Assembly: GCA_028534125.1 (NCBI GenBank)
Contig: CM052832.1
Coordinates: forward strand, 14,448,001 to 14,512,000
Direction: 5' to 3'
Source of the DNA: Lama glama
Taxonomy: Eukaryota
DNA: 64,000 nt
Of the stretch, positions 13,240 to 26,819 are shown one piece after another; position 1 is the first letter of the stretch, and each line of letters begins with the position of its first letter. The position numbers and the translations under genes were made by a program. Under the pieces are notes generated by a model. It was given only the letters and a program-made list of their open reading frames with translations, did not search any database and was not told the origin of the DNA.

Positions 13240-13538
13240 CAGTCAGCTCTCTGTATCTATGGGTTCTGCAACTGCAGATAGAAAATATTCAGGAAAAAAA
13301 ATATTCCAGAAAGCAAAACTTGAACTTGCCACGTGTCAATAACTACTTATATATAGCATTTACATTGTGTTAGGTTTTATAAGTAACCTAGAGATGACAA
13401 AGTATCTGGGAGGATATGCGTAGGTTATATACAAAAACTATGCCATTTTATACAAGGCTTTGAGCATCCAGGGATTCTGGTATCTGTTGGGGGAGGGTAT
13501 CCTGGAACAAATCCCCGGAGAATACCGAGGGATGACTG
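13240..13538. mobile_element. MER2-like (TcMar-Tigger) non-autonomous DNA transposon
   Basis: Imperfect TIRs cagtcagctctctgtat / ataccgagggatgactg flanked by TA on both sides. Confidence 0.85.
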
Positions 13539-15789
13539 TACTTAAAGTGTGGCTTTTATCCTGTCACATCATTCAAAACGCTTCAACAATACTTCACTGT
13601 CTTTGGAATAAAGACTGACATTTGAGATTCAATCTTCTAAGACAAGTTCTTTGTTCCAGCCAAACTGGATTATTTACCATTCTCCAAACACACTCTCTAT
13701 CAGCTCCCCTCATCTTACTGTTATTTATGCCACTCCCTCTGCCTGGAATGCCCTCTCCTTCCTCCTTATTTCTGCCTATTAAGTAGAATTCTCTATTTTT
13801 GGATTCAGCTCAAATGCACTCACTTCCTTCATAAAGTCATCCCTTGCTCTCTTACAGTGACAGTTTATCTCTCTTTTGAACTCCAAAATTACTTTTATAC
13901 TTTACATGAATTTAAAGTATTATGTCCTTTTATGACCATTTTACATATGTCTCACAATATACATACATATATACAAATGGCTGTTGATACATTTGATGAA
14001 AGAAAATAAAAGTGCACAGCTCACAAAGCTTGGACTTGTTCCATAATGGAAGGAAAAGTGAACTACTTCAACTCAGAAATATAAGTTGACAAAAGCAAGA
14101 TGGCTATACAGCAGAGCTTTTGGCAGGAGCTCCTCTAACGCTCGGGGAGAGAAGGGAAGGCTGCTGAAGATGAGGCTTAACCGTTAAACTGTCTCATTTA
14201 TGCTTTTTGCCTTTGGGAAAAGCACCCAAATGTACTCCTTGGAATCTACCATGAAAAGCTAGCCTGGACTTCCAGGTAAAGATGGTGGACTGAATGCAGG
14301 TACTTATTTAAATCTTCTTCCTGAAGTCTTACTAAAATAATAATAGTATCAGTAAAAGTAACAGTAAAAGTGGGATTTCTACTAAAAGGTGTGCAGATGA
14401 AAGCACACCTAAGAAAACTCAATTCCAGGCTGGCAAAGGGAAAAGCCAAAACTTACACTATAGAACTCCCCAAAGGCACAGATATTGGCAGCGCTTTGGA
14501 TGTGGGAGTAGAGGGAGAAGCTAAAATAACATACTCCCCGCCTTCAAGATTAAGGTCTTCATGCTCATGCACAAATTTCACAGAGACCTAAATGCATAGC
14601 TCTCAAGAATATTGACTTAATTGCATCTTAAAACCTCAGAACTGTAGCTGCGTGCCAAAGAGTCCACGTGTACCACTGTCTTCAGATAATCATTCATCAC
14701 TGTCCTAAGCCAAGTAACCACTTCACCTGGACCTAAGTACTATTAGTGGATGCTGCAGAAAAGCACCTAGAGAGAACACTGACTTTTAGAGTTCCTAGAG
14801 CCTTTCTTATCTGCTATCAAACCTGGAAAGTCATCCACTGTGTCTCTGAGCAGTAGCATGTCCCAAATGTCCAATGGGCAAAGAGTGAACCACTGAGAGA
14901 AATATGCAACTGCAGAGAATTGTGCTACAGGAAACAGGAAACAATGCTCTGTTATGCTAGCCCTCAATAATGGTTTCAGAAGACTTTCTACAGCTGAAAC
15001 AACTGAAATAATAGAGGGATACTTAGTTGGATAAAACTGTCATAAAACCACCTGGGAAGAGTGCCTCTGGGGGTTGGGGAGGGGAGAATGGCCTTTCCAC
15101 TTTATGGTTCTATTAAAGCTTTCTACTTTTGTCAGTTTTCGTCATTTCTACAGACATAAATGGCATTTCTGGGTGGGAAAATTCTTCACTGTGAAGGTTT
15201 GTCTTTCATGATGCAGGATGCTTAGCATTCCTGGTCACCAGGCACTAAATGCCAGTACTAACCCCTCTTCAACTAGTCATTATCATGGACAAGTAACTCA
15301 CTCAGACAATTCATCCCAGGAGGATGGTAGCAACTAACCAAATAAAATTTATTCCTATAAATTCTCTTTCTATTAATTTTTAAAGTCTCTGAATTTGTGG
15401 TTTTATCTATTTCTTATATTATTCCTACATGTTGTATTTCCCTTTTCTTAATCAGAAATTTTGAGATCTTTTTAAAAACAGACAAGTTTTCACTGTAATA
15501 ATTAAGTCTATTGCTTTTTTTGTTTTTAAACTTCATTATTTCTGCTTTTACTTTGTTCTTTCTGTATTTAACTGAGGTGTACCTGTATACCATAAAGTAT
15601 GTGACATGTACTATCTGCTATTCTCTTTATTAATTCCTCTATAATATTTTCTTCTGGTTAAATTTTAGTCTTTGTTTTTTTAACAAATCAATTTAAGGAT
15701 ATAAACTTTCCTTTGAGTACCACTTTGGCCAAATATTATTGGTATTTCTATGAAGTGGCTCTACTATCATTAATTTCTAAGTAGGAAAA

Positions 15790-16535
15790 TAGAAAGAAAA
15801 AAGGCAACTAATAGACATGTATAATACTGATCAGTAAGATAAGATGCTCAGTTTCACTAGATGAGGCAAATGTCAATTTTAAAAGTCACTTTTTTTGCTT
15901 ACTATGGTGAAAAACATTAAAAAGTGATAATATTGTGTGTTGGTGAAGGTATGGGGAAAAGAGCATGCTTGCTCACCATTAAGGAAGGGCAACATGGCTC
16001 CACCAATTACATCTAGACAGGTACCTACACTCTGACCTGCTAATGCTACTTTCTGTCAATGTCTTTTAGAGAAATACTAAAAGCATGTAAGAATGAGTGT
16101 TTGGAATGTCCACAGTACATAATTTATAACAGAGAAATAACACTGAAGACAACTTAAATATCCATCAACTAGAGAATAGAAAAATGAGTTATGGGATATT
16201 TAATAACAACTTTAAAAGAATACAGTTAATTTTTAGAACTGTGACAAAATTGCATTTATGATCTATAAACAGGGTAAGTTGAAAAAAGTTTGCAAAATAG
16301 TTTGTAAAAGATGATCATATTTTAGGTTAAAAACAAACAAAACAATCTAACATGGACACTTTTATATAAAGATATCAAATGGCCTGAAGCGTACAACACA
16401 TTGCCACCTCGGCAACTGAGTTGTAGAGAGGTGAGAAGAACCTGTGCATTTTATTTGCATTCGCTTTTGTATTGTTTGAAATTTTTCTTTCCAGTGAGTT
16501 AATATGAATGTAATTTTAAAACGTAATTAAAAAAA
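15790..16535 (+). mobile_element. Ancient L1ME-like 3' end (an antisense L1 fragment is adjacent at ~15350-15780)
   Basis: tgttggtgaaggtatgggga and aaatatccatcaactagagaatag motifs. Confidence 0.6.
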
Positions 16536-17334
16536 TCTCCTATCCCACCCCTCACACTGTAGTTTTTTTTTAATTATAAAGGAGGTGCTGAAAGCTCTGG
16601 TGGTCTCATTATCAGAGCCTTTTTGAAGACTGATGAATTAAATCCTAACAGCTGCTAAGATAATGACATCAGTGGAAAAGCAGACTAAATTTAATATGTC
16701 CTAACCCAGAAGATCATCTGCTGACTTGTCTCACTTTTACCAATCCCAGCAGGCGCTTCTTCCAGGCTATGGAGAAACTGGCAGAGAACATTTTCATATT
16801 TAATGTCTCAACTCCTTTGTCTGAAAGCTCTGTGAGTGATCCAAGCAGCTAGCCTGGAGGCAGGCATACCTCACAAGCTGTGTTCAATTAAATCTGCTTC
16901 CTGCACCACCCACCTTCACCAGTTAGCCCAATACTGCAGAGCTGGAAGAAGACAAAGCAAAAGAGAAGCAGAACCGAGGTCAAAAGTCCTCCATGGTAGT
17001 TTCCTTCTTAAGCTGAAGATTTCTTAACCTGAGGATAGAAAATCCCTGTCAAGAACACTTGGCCCCATTTAGGAAGTTCATCTGACTGTCCCCTTTCCTC
17101 CTTTCAAAGGCTGAGCCAGCTATCTTGCAGTGGTTCCCATATCAAGTCTTTGAAACAGAGAAAGAATTAGAATCTCCCTCCCTCCATGATGCTAAAGAAT
17201 CTTCTCTTACTAAGAACAACTGTCAAACAGAGCATAAAATTAACTGAGTACTTGTTCTTTAAGGGTTAATTTCAGTATGATTTATTGCTAAATAACCAGA
17301 GAAGGCATCAATGCTCTACTCCTCTCTCTAAATG

Positions 17335-19575
17335 TTCTAAATAAAAATCTACCAACGTGATTAGAAGACTCAATACAGTTAAGATACCAATTCTTCCCAA
17401 ACTGCTATATAGATTCAACACAATTTCAAGAAAAATTCCAGCAAGACTTTTTGTAGAAATCAACAAACTAATTATAAAATTTTGTCTGGGAAGATAAAAG
17501 AACTAGACTATTCAAAACAATTCTAAAAAAGAGTAACAAAGTAGCAAAGGCAATTCTGTGGAGAAAGGACAGTCCTCAACAAACAGTACTTAAACAACAG
17601 GACATCCGCACACAAAAAAGTGAATCTCCACCCATCCCACACAACATACACAAAAATTAGCTCAAAATGAATCACAGACCTAAATGTGTACCCAAAGCTT
17701 TAAAATTTCTAGAAGAAAATATAGGAAAAAATATTTGTGACCTTATCCATCAAAAAGAAAAAAGGATAAACTGAACTTCATCAAAATTAAGAAACTGATC
17801 TTCAAAAGACACTATCAAGGGAATAAAAAGACAAATCACAGACTAGGAGAAAATTATATATCTGATAAAGAACTTATATCCAAAATATATAAATAACCCT
17901 TACAACTCAATAATAAGAAAACAAAAGAACCTAATTTTTTAAAGGAGCAAAAGATCTAAACAGACACTTCACTAGATATAAGGATGGCAAATAATCACAT
18001 TAATAGATGCTCAACATCATTATTAGTCATTAGGGAAATGGAAATTAAATCGACAATATCACTACACACCTATTAAAATGACTAAAAATTAAAAAATCTG
18101 ACAATATTAAGTGCTGGGGAAGATACACAGCACCTGTAATGCAAAATGGCATAATGATTCTGGAAAATGGCTTGGCAATTTCTTATAAAGTTAAGCATAT
18201 ATTTACCTAGGACCCAGCAATCTCATTTCTAGTGTTTATCCAAGAGAAATAAAATCGACATTAACACAAAAACCCGTATGAAAAAGCAAATGTTTATAGT
18301 AGCTTTATTTGTAATTGCCCAAAACTATATATGGTCTGAATGTCCCTCGACTAGAGAATGGATAAACACTGGTACATGCATACAATGGAATACTCCTCAG
18401 AAATGAAAAGGAACAAATTACTGATATATGCAATAGCACAGCTGAGTCTCAAATTATGCTAAGTGAAAGAGGCCAGACTCGAAAGGTTACTGGAATACTG
18501 GGACTTACAGGAAATATGTATGTTTGGTTATTTGGATGACCAAAATATATTTCTCAGATATATTTGGTCTCTGTCCATAGTTCTTGGCTCACAGCTCCCA
18601 AAACCTGTGGAATTTTCTGAATGATAAGAGGTTAATGAAGGTGACTTTTGGACCTCAACCCAGGGCAGGGGCTGGTTGCCAGGAGAATCAATCATGTGAT
18701 TAGAGGGTTGGAACTTTCCATCTCATCCCTTGATTTCCCAGGGAAGGGAGAGGCAACTTGAGGTTTATTCAATGCCACCGGCTGATTATTTAGTCAACCG
18801 TGACTTTGCAATGAAGCCTCCATAAAAACCAAAAAAGAGCTTTTTGGTTCCCTTTTTCCAAGAACTTTCACACTGGGGAAACCAGAATGCTCTACACGCC
18901 ACTGTGCCCCAAGCTCACAGGAGGGCAGAAGCTCTGTTTAGGACTTTGCCCTACGTATCTCTTTATCTAGTTGTTGATTCATATCCTTTAATATCCTTTT
19001 ATAATAAATCAGTAACCTAGTGAGTAAACGGGTTTTCTGTGAGGCATTCTAGCAAATTAACTGAACCTGAGGAGGGGGTCACAGGAAGCTCTGATTTATA
19101 GCTAGTCAGTCAGAAGCACAGGGACTTGTCACTGGCCTCTGAAGCAGAGGGCAGTCTCGTGGGACTGAGCCCTTTAGCTGTGGGATCTGATTCTTTCTCC
19201 CGGCAGATAGGGTCAGAATTGAGCTGAATTCTCAGACACCTCACTGATGTCAGAGAATTGCTTATTGGTGTGGGGAAGCCTGAGCGCGCACACACACGTT
19301 GGAACTGGGTCTCGGAACCTTTTTAGGTACATACTGTATGATTCCATTTATACAGCATTCTGGAAACAGCAAAATTATTGGGACACACATTAGAGTGGTG
19401 GTTGCCAGGGCTAAGGTAGTGGGGCAGGACTGACAAAAAGGGACACCGGAGCCTCTGTTGGTGTGACGAAACTGCTCTGTATCTTGTCGTGACAGTTACG
19501 TGACTGCATTTGCCAAAACTTGCATAACTGTACACAAAAGGGTGAATTTTACTGTTTCCAAATCATAACTTTTTT
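17335..19575 (+). mobile_element. Old L1 (L1MB/L1MC-like) ORF2 and 3' end, interrupted by an LTR
   Basis: Degenerate ORF2 motifs (tatagattcaacacaatttc, aacagacacttcac, gacccagcaatctcatttcta); resumes at about 19325 with catactgtatgattccattta. Confidence 0.85.
18491..19325 (+). mobile_element. Solo LTR, MER21-like (ERVL), nested in L1
   Basis: tatatttggtctctgtcc...gctcccaaaacctgtggaattttctga, gggctggttgccagga, gtcagagaattgcttattggtgtgggga resemble MER21 as recalled; boundaries approximate. Confidence 0.75.
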
Positions 19576-20565
19576 TTTAAGCTCCAAATGGAAACCATAA
19601 ACAACAAATTAAACCAAAACAGCTACTATTGAAAATAACCACAAAGTTTCCGCATTTAAGGAAGAGAAACCTTTTACTAACAGGACCACTGGAAATAAGG
19701 TCTGCAACGTTCCTGATTCACACCCGCACACATTCTCTTAGCCACCCAGCCCTGACAGGCCTCACAAAGGGTACTGCAGAAGGAACCATCGCAACCCCAT
19801 TCTTACCTGGACCACGGGCCAGGCCGTCAAGAGGACTGAAAGGAAGCACTAATAATAGCCCATGAAGAACCTAGCTAGCACCTGCAAGCTAGAGAGAGCT
19901 AGGCGAGGCCACAGGAGTTTCTTCCAGCTGCAGGGGGAACAGCACAGCCCCTCCTCGTTCTTCCTTAGGAGACAGGGGTGGTCACAAATTCTCCAGCAGT
20001 GTACACTCACCTCTGTCACGACTGCATTTACACAGCCTGGCTGGAGCTCAGTCCTGCAGCCCTCACCCCTCACAGAGGAAACAGAATTTTGCAGAGGCAA
20101 TGAAAGTAGGCCAAGGCGACAGAGCACTCCAGTTACCGGGTGGCAGCCAATCACGGGCCCCTCCCCAGGAGTGTCTCACTCTGAGGTCAGGACTCAAAGC
20201 GGAGTCTGTGCCGTCAGCCTAAACCCAGGGGGACTGACTTGTTGGGCTTGTTTTTCCAGAGCATTAGCTTGAGAGTTTATAATGTGAGACCCCAAATCAA
20301 TCTCTGCCACAAGGCTGGCAGCCTCCCCTCCACAGTTCTCACCTAGCCTGGCCTGACCTTCTCTTTGCTTCACATGCTGAAAGGTGACAAGCCCACTCCA
20401 ACCTAGCGTATTGCAGATGAAAGGTCAAAGACACCCACTGCCCAGACTGTCCTGAAACCCAACTTCTCCATTCCAAGGAACAGCATTCATCTTCTTCCAC
20501 CCAGGCTCACAAACTTAAAAAATTCTTTTGCAGTCATTTCTGCTGGGAGGGAGTTTGGGCTGTAC

Positions 20566-20686
20566 CTTTTGTTTTCCCGTCCACGGACACCAGCTTCTTG
20601 GTTTCTGCTGTTAGCAATAGCTCATAAGGATGCTCATCCTCCTCCCTGGCTGTACTCCCCTGAATCCAGGGTCTCATGGCCAAGAC
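20566..20686 (-). CDS. ANKS1A: ANKS1A exon 10 (121 nt): [40 protein letters not shown]
   Basis: Acceptor tctctcttag|GTCTTG and donor AAAAG|gtacag; read manually. Confidence 0.95.
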
Positions 20687-21294
20687 CTAAGAGAGAAAAA
20701 CACCACAGTACTTCTTGTGTGGGAGACTGATACAAGATATGTCAAACAAATTTGAGATTATTGACTCCTTTTTTTCATTTTTGAGGATGAGAGAAAGGGA
20801 AGAGAGGGTAAATATTCAAGTGTCACGTGGAATCACAACCACTTCCCAGCTATGCACCTGTACCTCAAACCTCAATGGCCTCTGATTAAAACACCCCCCT
20901 TTCCTTCCCTCATTTCATCCTTCAAAATGTCGTAAATAATACCCAAGACAATCCCCTCCCTTGCCTCTCCCATCTCCACAATGCTCTGCACGATCTCTTT
21001 TCTGCGGGTAAGACCTCCTGAGCAGACTTTCACCATGGTGCATCATAAAGGCCTTCCTTCTCCATGTTTCTTTCCTAACATGTACACATGCTACCCCAAG
21101 GCTGGATTCCTTCCCACCTTTTCAAGAGGGAATCAGACTGACTTCTGACTAACCCTGAATGACTGACACTTAGCAGAAACAAAGCGCTCTGTAAGTCTTT
21201 TTTTTTGAGAGCCTTTCTTCGTAGGCCCTGGGGGTTATAGAGAAGGATGTCCCCAAAGCTGGCTTCCTACCATGCCTATGGGAATACAATTTTA

Positions 21295-21414
21295 GGAGAA
21301 GGTAATAGGTTTTATTTACCTATTTATTTTTTAAAACAGGGGACTGAACTGGGGATTGAAGCCAGGACCTCGTGCATGCTAGGCTGGGCTGTACCACTGA
21401 GCTATACCCACCCC
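21295..21414 (-). mobile_element. tRNA-derived SINE (camelid Vic-1-like) with target-site duplication
   Basis: Minus strand reads GGGGTGGGTATAGCTCAGTGGTAC...GAGGTCCTGGCTTCAATCCCCAGT (Pol III A and B boxes) followed by an A-rich tail; TSD gaatacaatttta at 21282-21294 and 21418-21430. Confidence 0.9.
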
Positions 21415-24400
21415 TGAGAATACAATTTTAAATCAATTCTACCAATCTCTGTTGTGAAAAGAGCCAAGTGGACGGGCAGTACGAATTTCAGTGGAGAAAA
21501 AGCAGCTCTGTCTACTGAGAAATCCCTAATCCAGGCAGCCAAGTATCTGATGAAATAACTGGACCAAAGCTGGCCCCTACACCCGCCAGCCGGCTTTAGT
21601 CAGCTGGGGGCCTGCTGGCCACAGCTCGTCATGGTATCAGAGTAGCCAAGTATCTCGAACCAAGCCAGAAACACGATTAGAGCTACAGTCACCCTGAGAG
21701 AGAGAATGGAGATACTTGGTTTACAGGGTAATTTCAGCTCACTTGTCCTAAGAATCCAATGTGTTTCACAGTCAAATTAAGAATAACCATATAACAGCTA
21801 TTAGGAAAGCAAACCAAAGTACAAAAATCTCTTATTGAGGAGTTTGGGTAGAACAAGTAATATATTATGAACAAGGGCGTGAGGGGGAACTCCTAAGTCC
21901 ACCTAACAAACAATGGTGCCCTGCCAGTGTGACTCTGCACACACAGAACACCCTCCTTCACTGACATGTCTCACAGAGCTCACTGGAAACAAATCAGGTT
22001 CGTGATTTATCAGGGTTTTGCTTCTTGGAGGCAGAGCTCACAGTGCTACAGCCTAATGAGACAACACGGATCCTCACAGCCTCAGACTAAATGAGAGCCC
22101 ACAGCTCCTGTTTGTTAACAAGGCTGCCACTCCAAAGGTGGAATGATAGTCTCTCAAAATTCTGCTAAACACAGCAGGAACCTCCACTTACTGAAAGCCA
22201 CCTGGAAGCTAAAAGCTATTTCATTACAATGAGCCATTTGCCTGTATTACTTATTCCTTTTGCCTCTTCCTAGGAACACAATTAAGGGAACAAAGAGGGA
22301 CCATTAAGTAGTTCATACAGTGTCAACTTAGTATCACCGGCTTTACAGACGGAAATTTGTGTTCTGAAAGTTTACACACCCGTAGCCATCACTTAGGCAG
22401 AGCCCTGGAAATCTGATTCTGTGAGTGTTCTGCACACAGCGAGAGCTCTAACATACCCCCAGGCATGCTTCTCTGAGAGGTATCTGACAGCCTGGATGCC
22501 CAGCCTATTATATCCTTTCCTCTCAAGCAGGACAGGCCTGATGAGTTCCATCTGGAAAATAAGACCAACTGGACCTGCGTTCGCTCCATGCCTGGCTCTT
22601 GTGCACGACAACTGGATGCAGAGAACCAGCAAATGCCAGAGCTGGAAGGGACCTGAACCATTACAGTCACAGCTAGAGAGTACCTGGTGCCAGCTCCTTC
22701 ATTGTGCAGATGACACAGAGAGGTCCATGGACTCGCCCAAGGTTACACAGAGAGCTCCCAGCAGAGCCAGGGCCATAAAACTCACTCCCCCAGATTCTAG
22801 ACCAAGCTGGCCTCATTTTTTTCTGGGAAGTATGGTTTCTCCATCCAATCTGAAATTCCTTCCCTCCTTCAGATGTCTAAGGAATGTCCCCTGCTCACAT
22901 CCAGACAACTTGTAGGGTGATCTTTTCTTCTTGGTCCTAACCTCTGCCAGCAATGGGATTAAAATCTCATAATAAAGCAATAAACTGCTTTTCTTCGAGC
23001 CCTCCTAGCTCTCAGTCAAGCAGCCCTGTGTCACAGTGAATATGGCAGTAACTGATTTTCAACAGAAGGGATTCTGCTCTTTACTAAATTACTTCTTAAT
23101 CTCTTTTTCCCCTTTTTTCCAGGGCCTGCAATAAATCAACCCCAATCCCCCACCCCCTGCAAAAAAACAAACAAACAGATATATTCTCTGCTATATGGGA
23201 AGCAGTATTTTTTGCTGCAGACAAAAGCTACTACCAGTTACCACCTAACTGTGACCAATGGAATGGCCAGTTGGGTGTGGGCAGCTTTCTGGGAAGAGAT
23301 ACCACAGCAGTTGCAACTTCTCATGAACATTCAGCACATCTGAGCATAGAGAAGACCACAGTCAGAGAAGACCACCAGCCTTTTGGTAGGGCAAAAACAT
23401 TTGAACAGCTTGTGTGTGTACATGTTTTTTAAGGGAGTTTCATGATCAGGTCATTACTCTGATCAGCATTCCTGAAGCCAGGTATACTCAGCTTCTCTTA
23501 TAGGTTTCCATGAGTCATTTGCAATGATAAGCCCCAGGAAAAGGAAATGAACACTGGGGCAGACTGCTTGCCAAATACACAAGTCTGCACTTTGATGAAG
23601 CCAGTGCCTCCTAGGACATGAGGTTTAGGATATTAAAGCATTGAGGGTATAAGAAATAAAGACGGTAAAGACCAGAGTCCCCCCCAAAAAAGCCTCTTTT
23701 GGAGATGACCTATCCATTCAGACCACAGCAAAGAGAATCTGTCTTGATCATTAAGAGGGTGAAAACCCAGACCATATCTCTATGTTCATGTCCTTATAAT
23801 CATCACTAAGAAAGAAAAGCCAGGGTTCTCACAGTTTTCCAAATACTGACTGTGGTGGCCCAACTGATTCAGAATTCCAGGCTATTCGGAAGCAAGTCCT
23901 AGAAGATGTGTCTCAGACAAAGTCTCCCTTCCAGGAGAGGGATAGGGAAATTTCTCCTCCTACTTCTCGACACAGTATTATTGCCAACTTGTATGCTCTA
24001 GAAAGCCCTGGGAGAATAAGAAGTCTTAGTTATCGGATATTTCTTTAAAATCCTTGCTCTTATCCTTAGGCATCAGAAATTTTAACCCAAGCCCTTGTTA
24101 AAGAGGTGGCATAAGGCATTTATAGAAACCCAGCCCCAACTGAACATGCTCCATATTCCTAGGTTTCTCCTTGTAAAAAGGGAGTAATAAAGCAAATCCC
24201 TGTATAAAAACATGTAGGGATTTACTACATGCACTTGCATCTACCAGCAATGTGTTATTAACCTAGAGGCTGTAATTCTAGAGACCCTTTAGTTGAAACA
24301 TGATAATAAGCATTTTGAAATTAATGGATACAAAGAAATAAGGACAGAATTTGTATGTAGCATAGAAATCGTCCCCATCTCCAAAGATGACTTTTACATT

Positions 24401-25137
24401 CTTAAAAGGGCTTCCTTGAATTTATATATTTTATTAAACTAAAGTCATCCTTCTTGTTGAATGTGTTTATATTAAATAAAAGAATCTATCTCACTGGATG
24501 GTCCGTGGCAGTACTATAAAAAAAAAAACTTAACTCCAACTTCTAAGGATAAATTAAGGAGACTTAATTGACTAGTTGATGTTAGCTAATTTTCAAATTA
24601 AAGAGTAACAGGGCATTAGATGAGCTACAAAGTAACTACTGAAATTATACAATATTTTCAATAAATACTCAATAAACATAGTCTCTGAATGGCAGGAAGT
24701 GTTAAAGGAGCATTTTGAAGACTAATGGTTAAGGAAAACATGATTTTCTTCATACACCTAAGTGAGAAGGTTGAACTATTTGTCCCATGATAACATCTTT
24801 TTTTCAAAAGGTGAACTGTTCTTTTCAAATAACCTTCTTTGATTCCCCCTACCCCCATGACTTCTATTTCTCTTCTAGCTGAGTCTTCATAACGTTTTCC
24901 ACGTTTTTCCTGATGAAGATTCTTCATGTGAATGAAGAAGGAAAATGCAAAAATGGAAATAATGCATTTGGGGCAGAACCAAAGCTCACTAATTAGGGGA
25001 ACACTCTACATCTTGTATCAAAAGACAACACAGGTACAAAAGCAAAAAGTGAGACTATTTAGCCTAATGGAGTCAGGAGAAAACATGCATGTTTTACTTT
25101 CCATGTGGTAAGGCAGATTAATAATTGGCCTGTCTGC

Positions 25138-25671
25138 AAGACATGGAAGCAATCTAAATGTCCATCAACAGATGATTGGATAAAGATATAGTGGTATGTA
25201 TATACAATGGAATACTATTCAGCCATAAACAAGAATGAAATAATGCCATTTGCAGTAACATGGATGGACCTAGAGATTATCATACAAGTGAAGTAAGTCA
25301 AAGAAAGACAAATATCACATGATACCACTTATATGTGGAATCTTAAAAAATGATACAAATGAACTTATTTACAAAAAAGCAGCAGACTCACAGACATAAA
25401 AAACAAACTTACAGTTACCAAAGGGGAAGGGGAGGAGGAATAAATTAGGAGTTTAGGATTAGAAGATACAAACTACTATATATAAAATAGATAAACAATA
25501 AGGTCCTACTGTTTAGCACAAGGAACTGTATTCATATCTTGTAATAACCTATAATGAAAAATAATATGAAAAAGAATATATACATATATGTTAAAACTGA
25601 ATCACTATGCTGTACACCAGAAACTAATACAACACTGTAAACCACTATACTTGCAGAATAATAATAACAAC
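25138..25671 (+). mobile_element. 5'-truncated L1 3' end with TSD
   Basis: aaatgtccatcaacagatgattggataaag and atggatggacctagagattatcata motifs; TSD aattggcctgtctgc at 25123-25137 and 25672-25686. Confidence 0.93.
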
Positions 25672-25892
25672 AATTGGCCTGTCTGCTAAAGAGCCCTAGT
25701 AAAATTCTTTGCTTAGTACTTTTGAGTGAGATTGAAAGGACCTGTTCTGGATTACTGATATACATAATACAAATATACTAATCCAAAGAGGCGATAAGAA
25801 AATGAGAAAGTAAAGTCTTCTTATAGTACACACTTGATGCACTTTCCAGAAAATCCTATTGCATTGATGAGAATAAACCCTTAGCCCTCTAC

Positions 25893-25985
25893 CTCAGAAG
25901 CTGCCGAAGGAAAATACTTCTTATCTATGTGGTCTTCCTCCTCTTCATCGGGTGGTGGTTTTGCTGGAGGTGGTGGACGTTCCTT
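25893..25985 (-). CDS. ANKS1A: ANKS1A exon 9 (93 nt, phase 0-0), proline-rich: [31 protein letters not shown]
   Basis: Acceptor cttccacag|AAGGAA and donor TCTGAG|gtagag; read manually. Confidence 0.95.
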
Positions 25986-26632
25986 CTGTGGAAGAGAAGG
26001 AATAAGTATTTTACTATCTTTTTTTTTTCTTTAAGAGTCTAACTTTTCGGTTTACTCTTATCTTAGCCTTTGGAAATAAAGAAGGATAATGTAAACAGCT
26101 TCCCTGAGACTAAACTCAGGGTTTAGTATTAAAACAGACAGAGAATGCTGTGCGCACATGCACACACACACACCAATTAGCACTGCTCTTTGTTTTTTGA
26201 TGTCTGTAGCAGAGATTATTCTACAGCAGAGATATATCTGTCATATCCTCGACCACAGTGAGAAATACCAGTGCTGAAAATGCACAACTGCCTTGTCAGA
26301 CAATGTCCTTCATGATACTGATACATAAACTCTAGTGTAGGAAAACCAGTGGCTCAATTTCCAGTCTACTCTAAAAAGAGGAAACGATAAATCAGAAGAA
26401 TCAACTTGTCAAAGAGTTCTAGCAAACCTAAGTTATTAAGGAAGTAATGAAGAAAGCAAAGACAAAAACATCAATTCCTGCTCAAACTTTACTGCTATCC
26501 CTATTTACTAGCAAGCTCAGAACTGGTCTCTTGTCCTTGGTCACGATTACTACTATGTATCATTAGCATATGAAAACCCTATTTCATTTCAGCCCATTTA
26601 AAAAAGGAATATTTGTCTGTTAACTGTCCTAG

Positions 26633-26819
26633 CAGGGGTTGGCAAGCTTTTTCTTAAAGGGCTATACAATAAATATTTTAAGCTTTGCAGTCAGCTCTGC
26701 CACTGTAGCATAAAAGTAGCCAAAGAAAATACGTAAATAAGTGGGCGTAGCTGTGTTCCAAATACAACTTTATTCACAAAAACAGGCAGCTGTTTGTGGG
26801 CCTGAGTTCACCACCCCCG
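26633..26819. mobile_element. MER58A-like hAT-Charlie element
   Basis: caggggttggcaagctttttct...gctgtgttccaaatacaactttattcacaaaaacaggcagc...accccc. Confidence 0.85.

Noticed and set aside
21340..21414. tRNA-like sequence with A and B boxes (also 47895-47967)
   Set aside because: Has an A-rich tail (and a TSD in the 21295 copy) and no full cloverleaf, so it is a SINE rather than a tRNA gene
22421..22915. 164-aa plus-strand ORF (also 19862-20272, 33544-33957, 42731-43141, 46237-46668)
   Set aside because: No recognisable domain, mostly non-ATG starts, partly repeat-derived; expected by chance in 64 kb
24658..24927. 89-aa minus-strand ORF preceded by a pyrimidine tract in intron 9
   Set aside because: No similarity to a recognisable protein and no convincing splice-site pair
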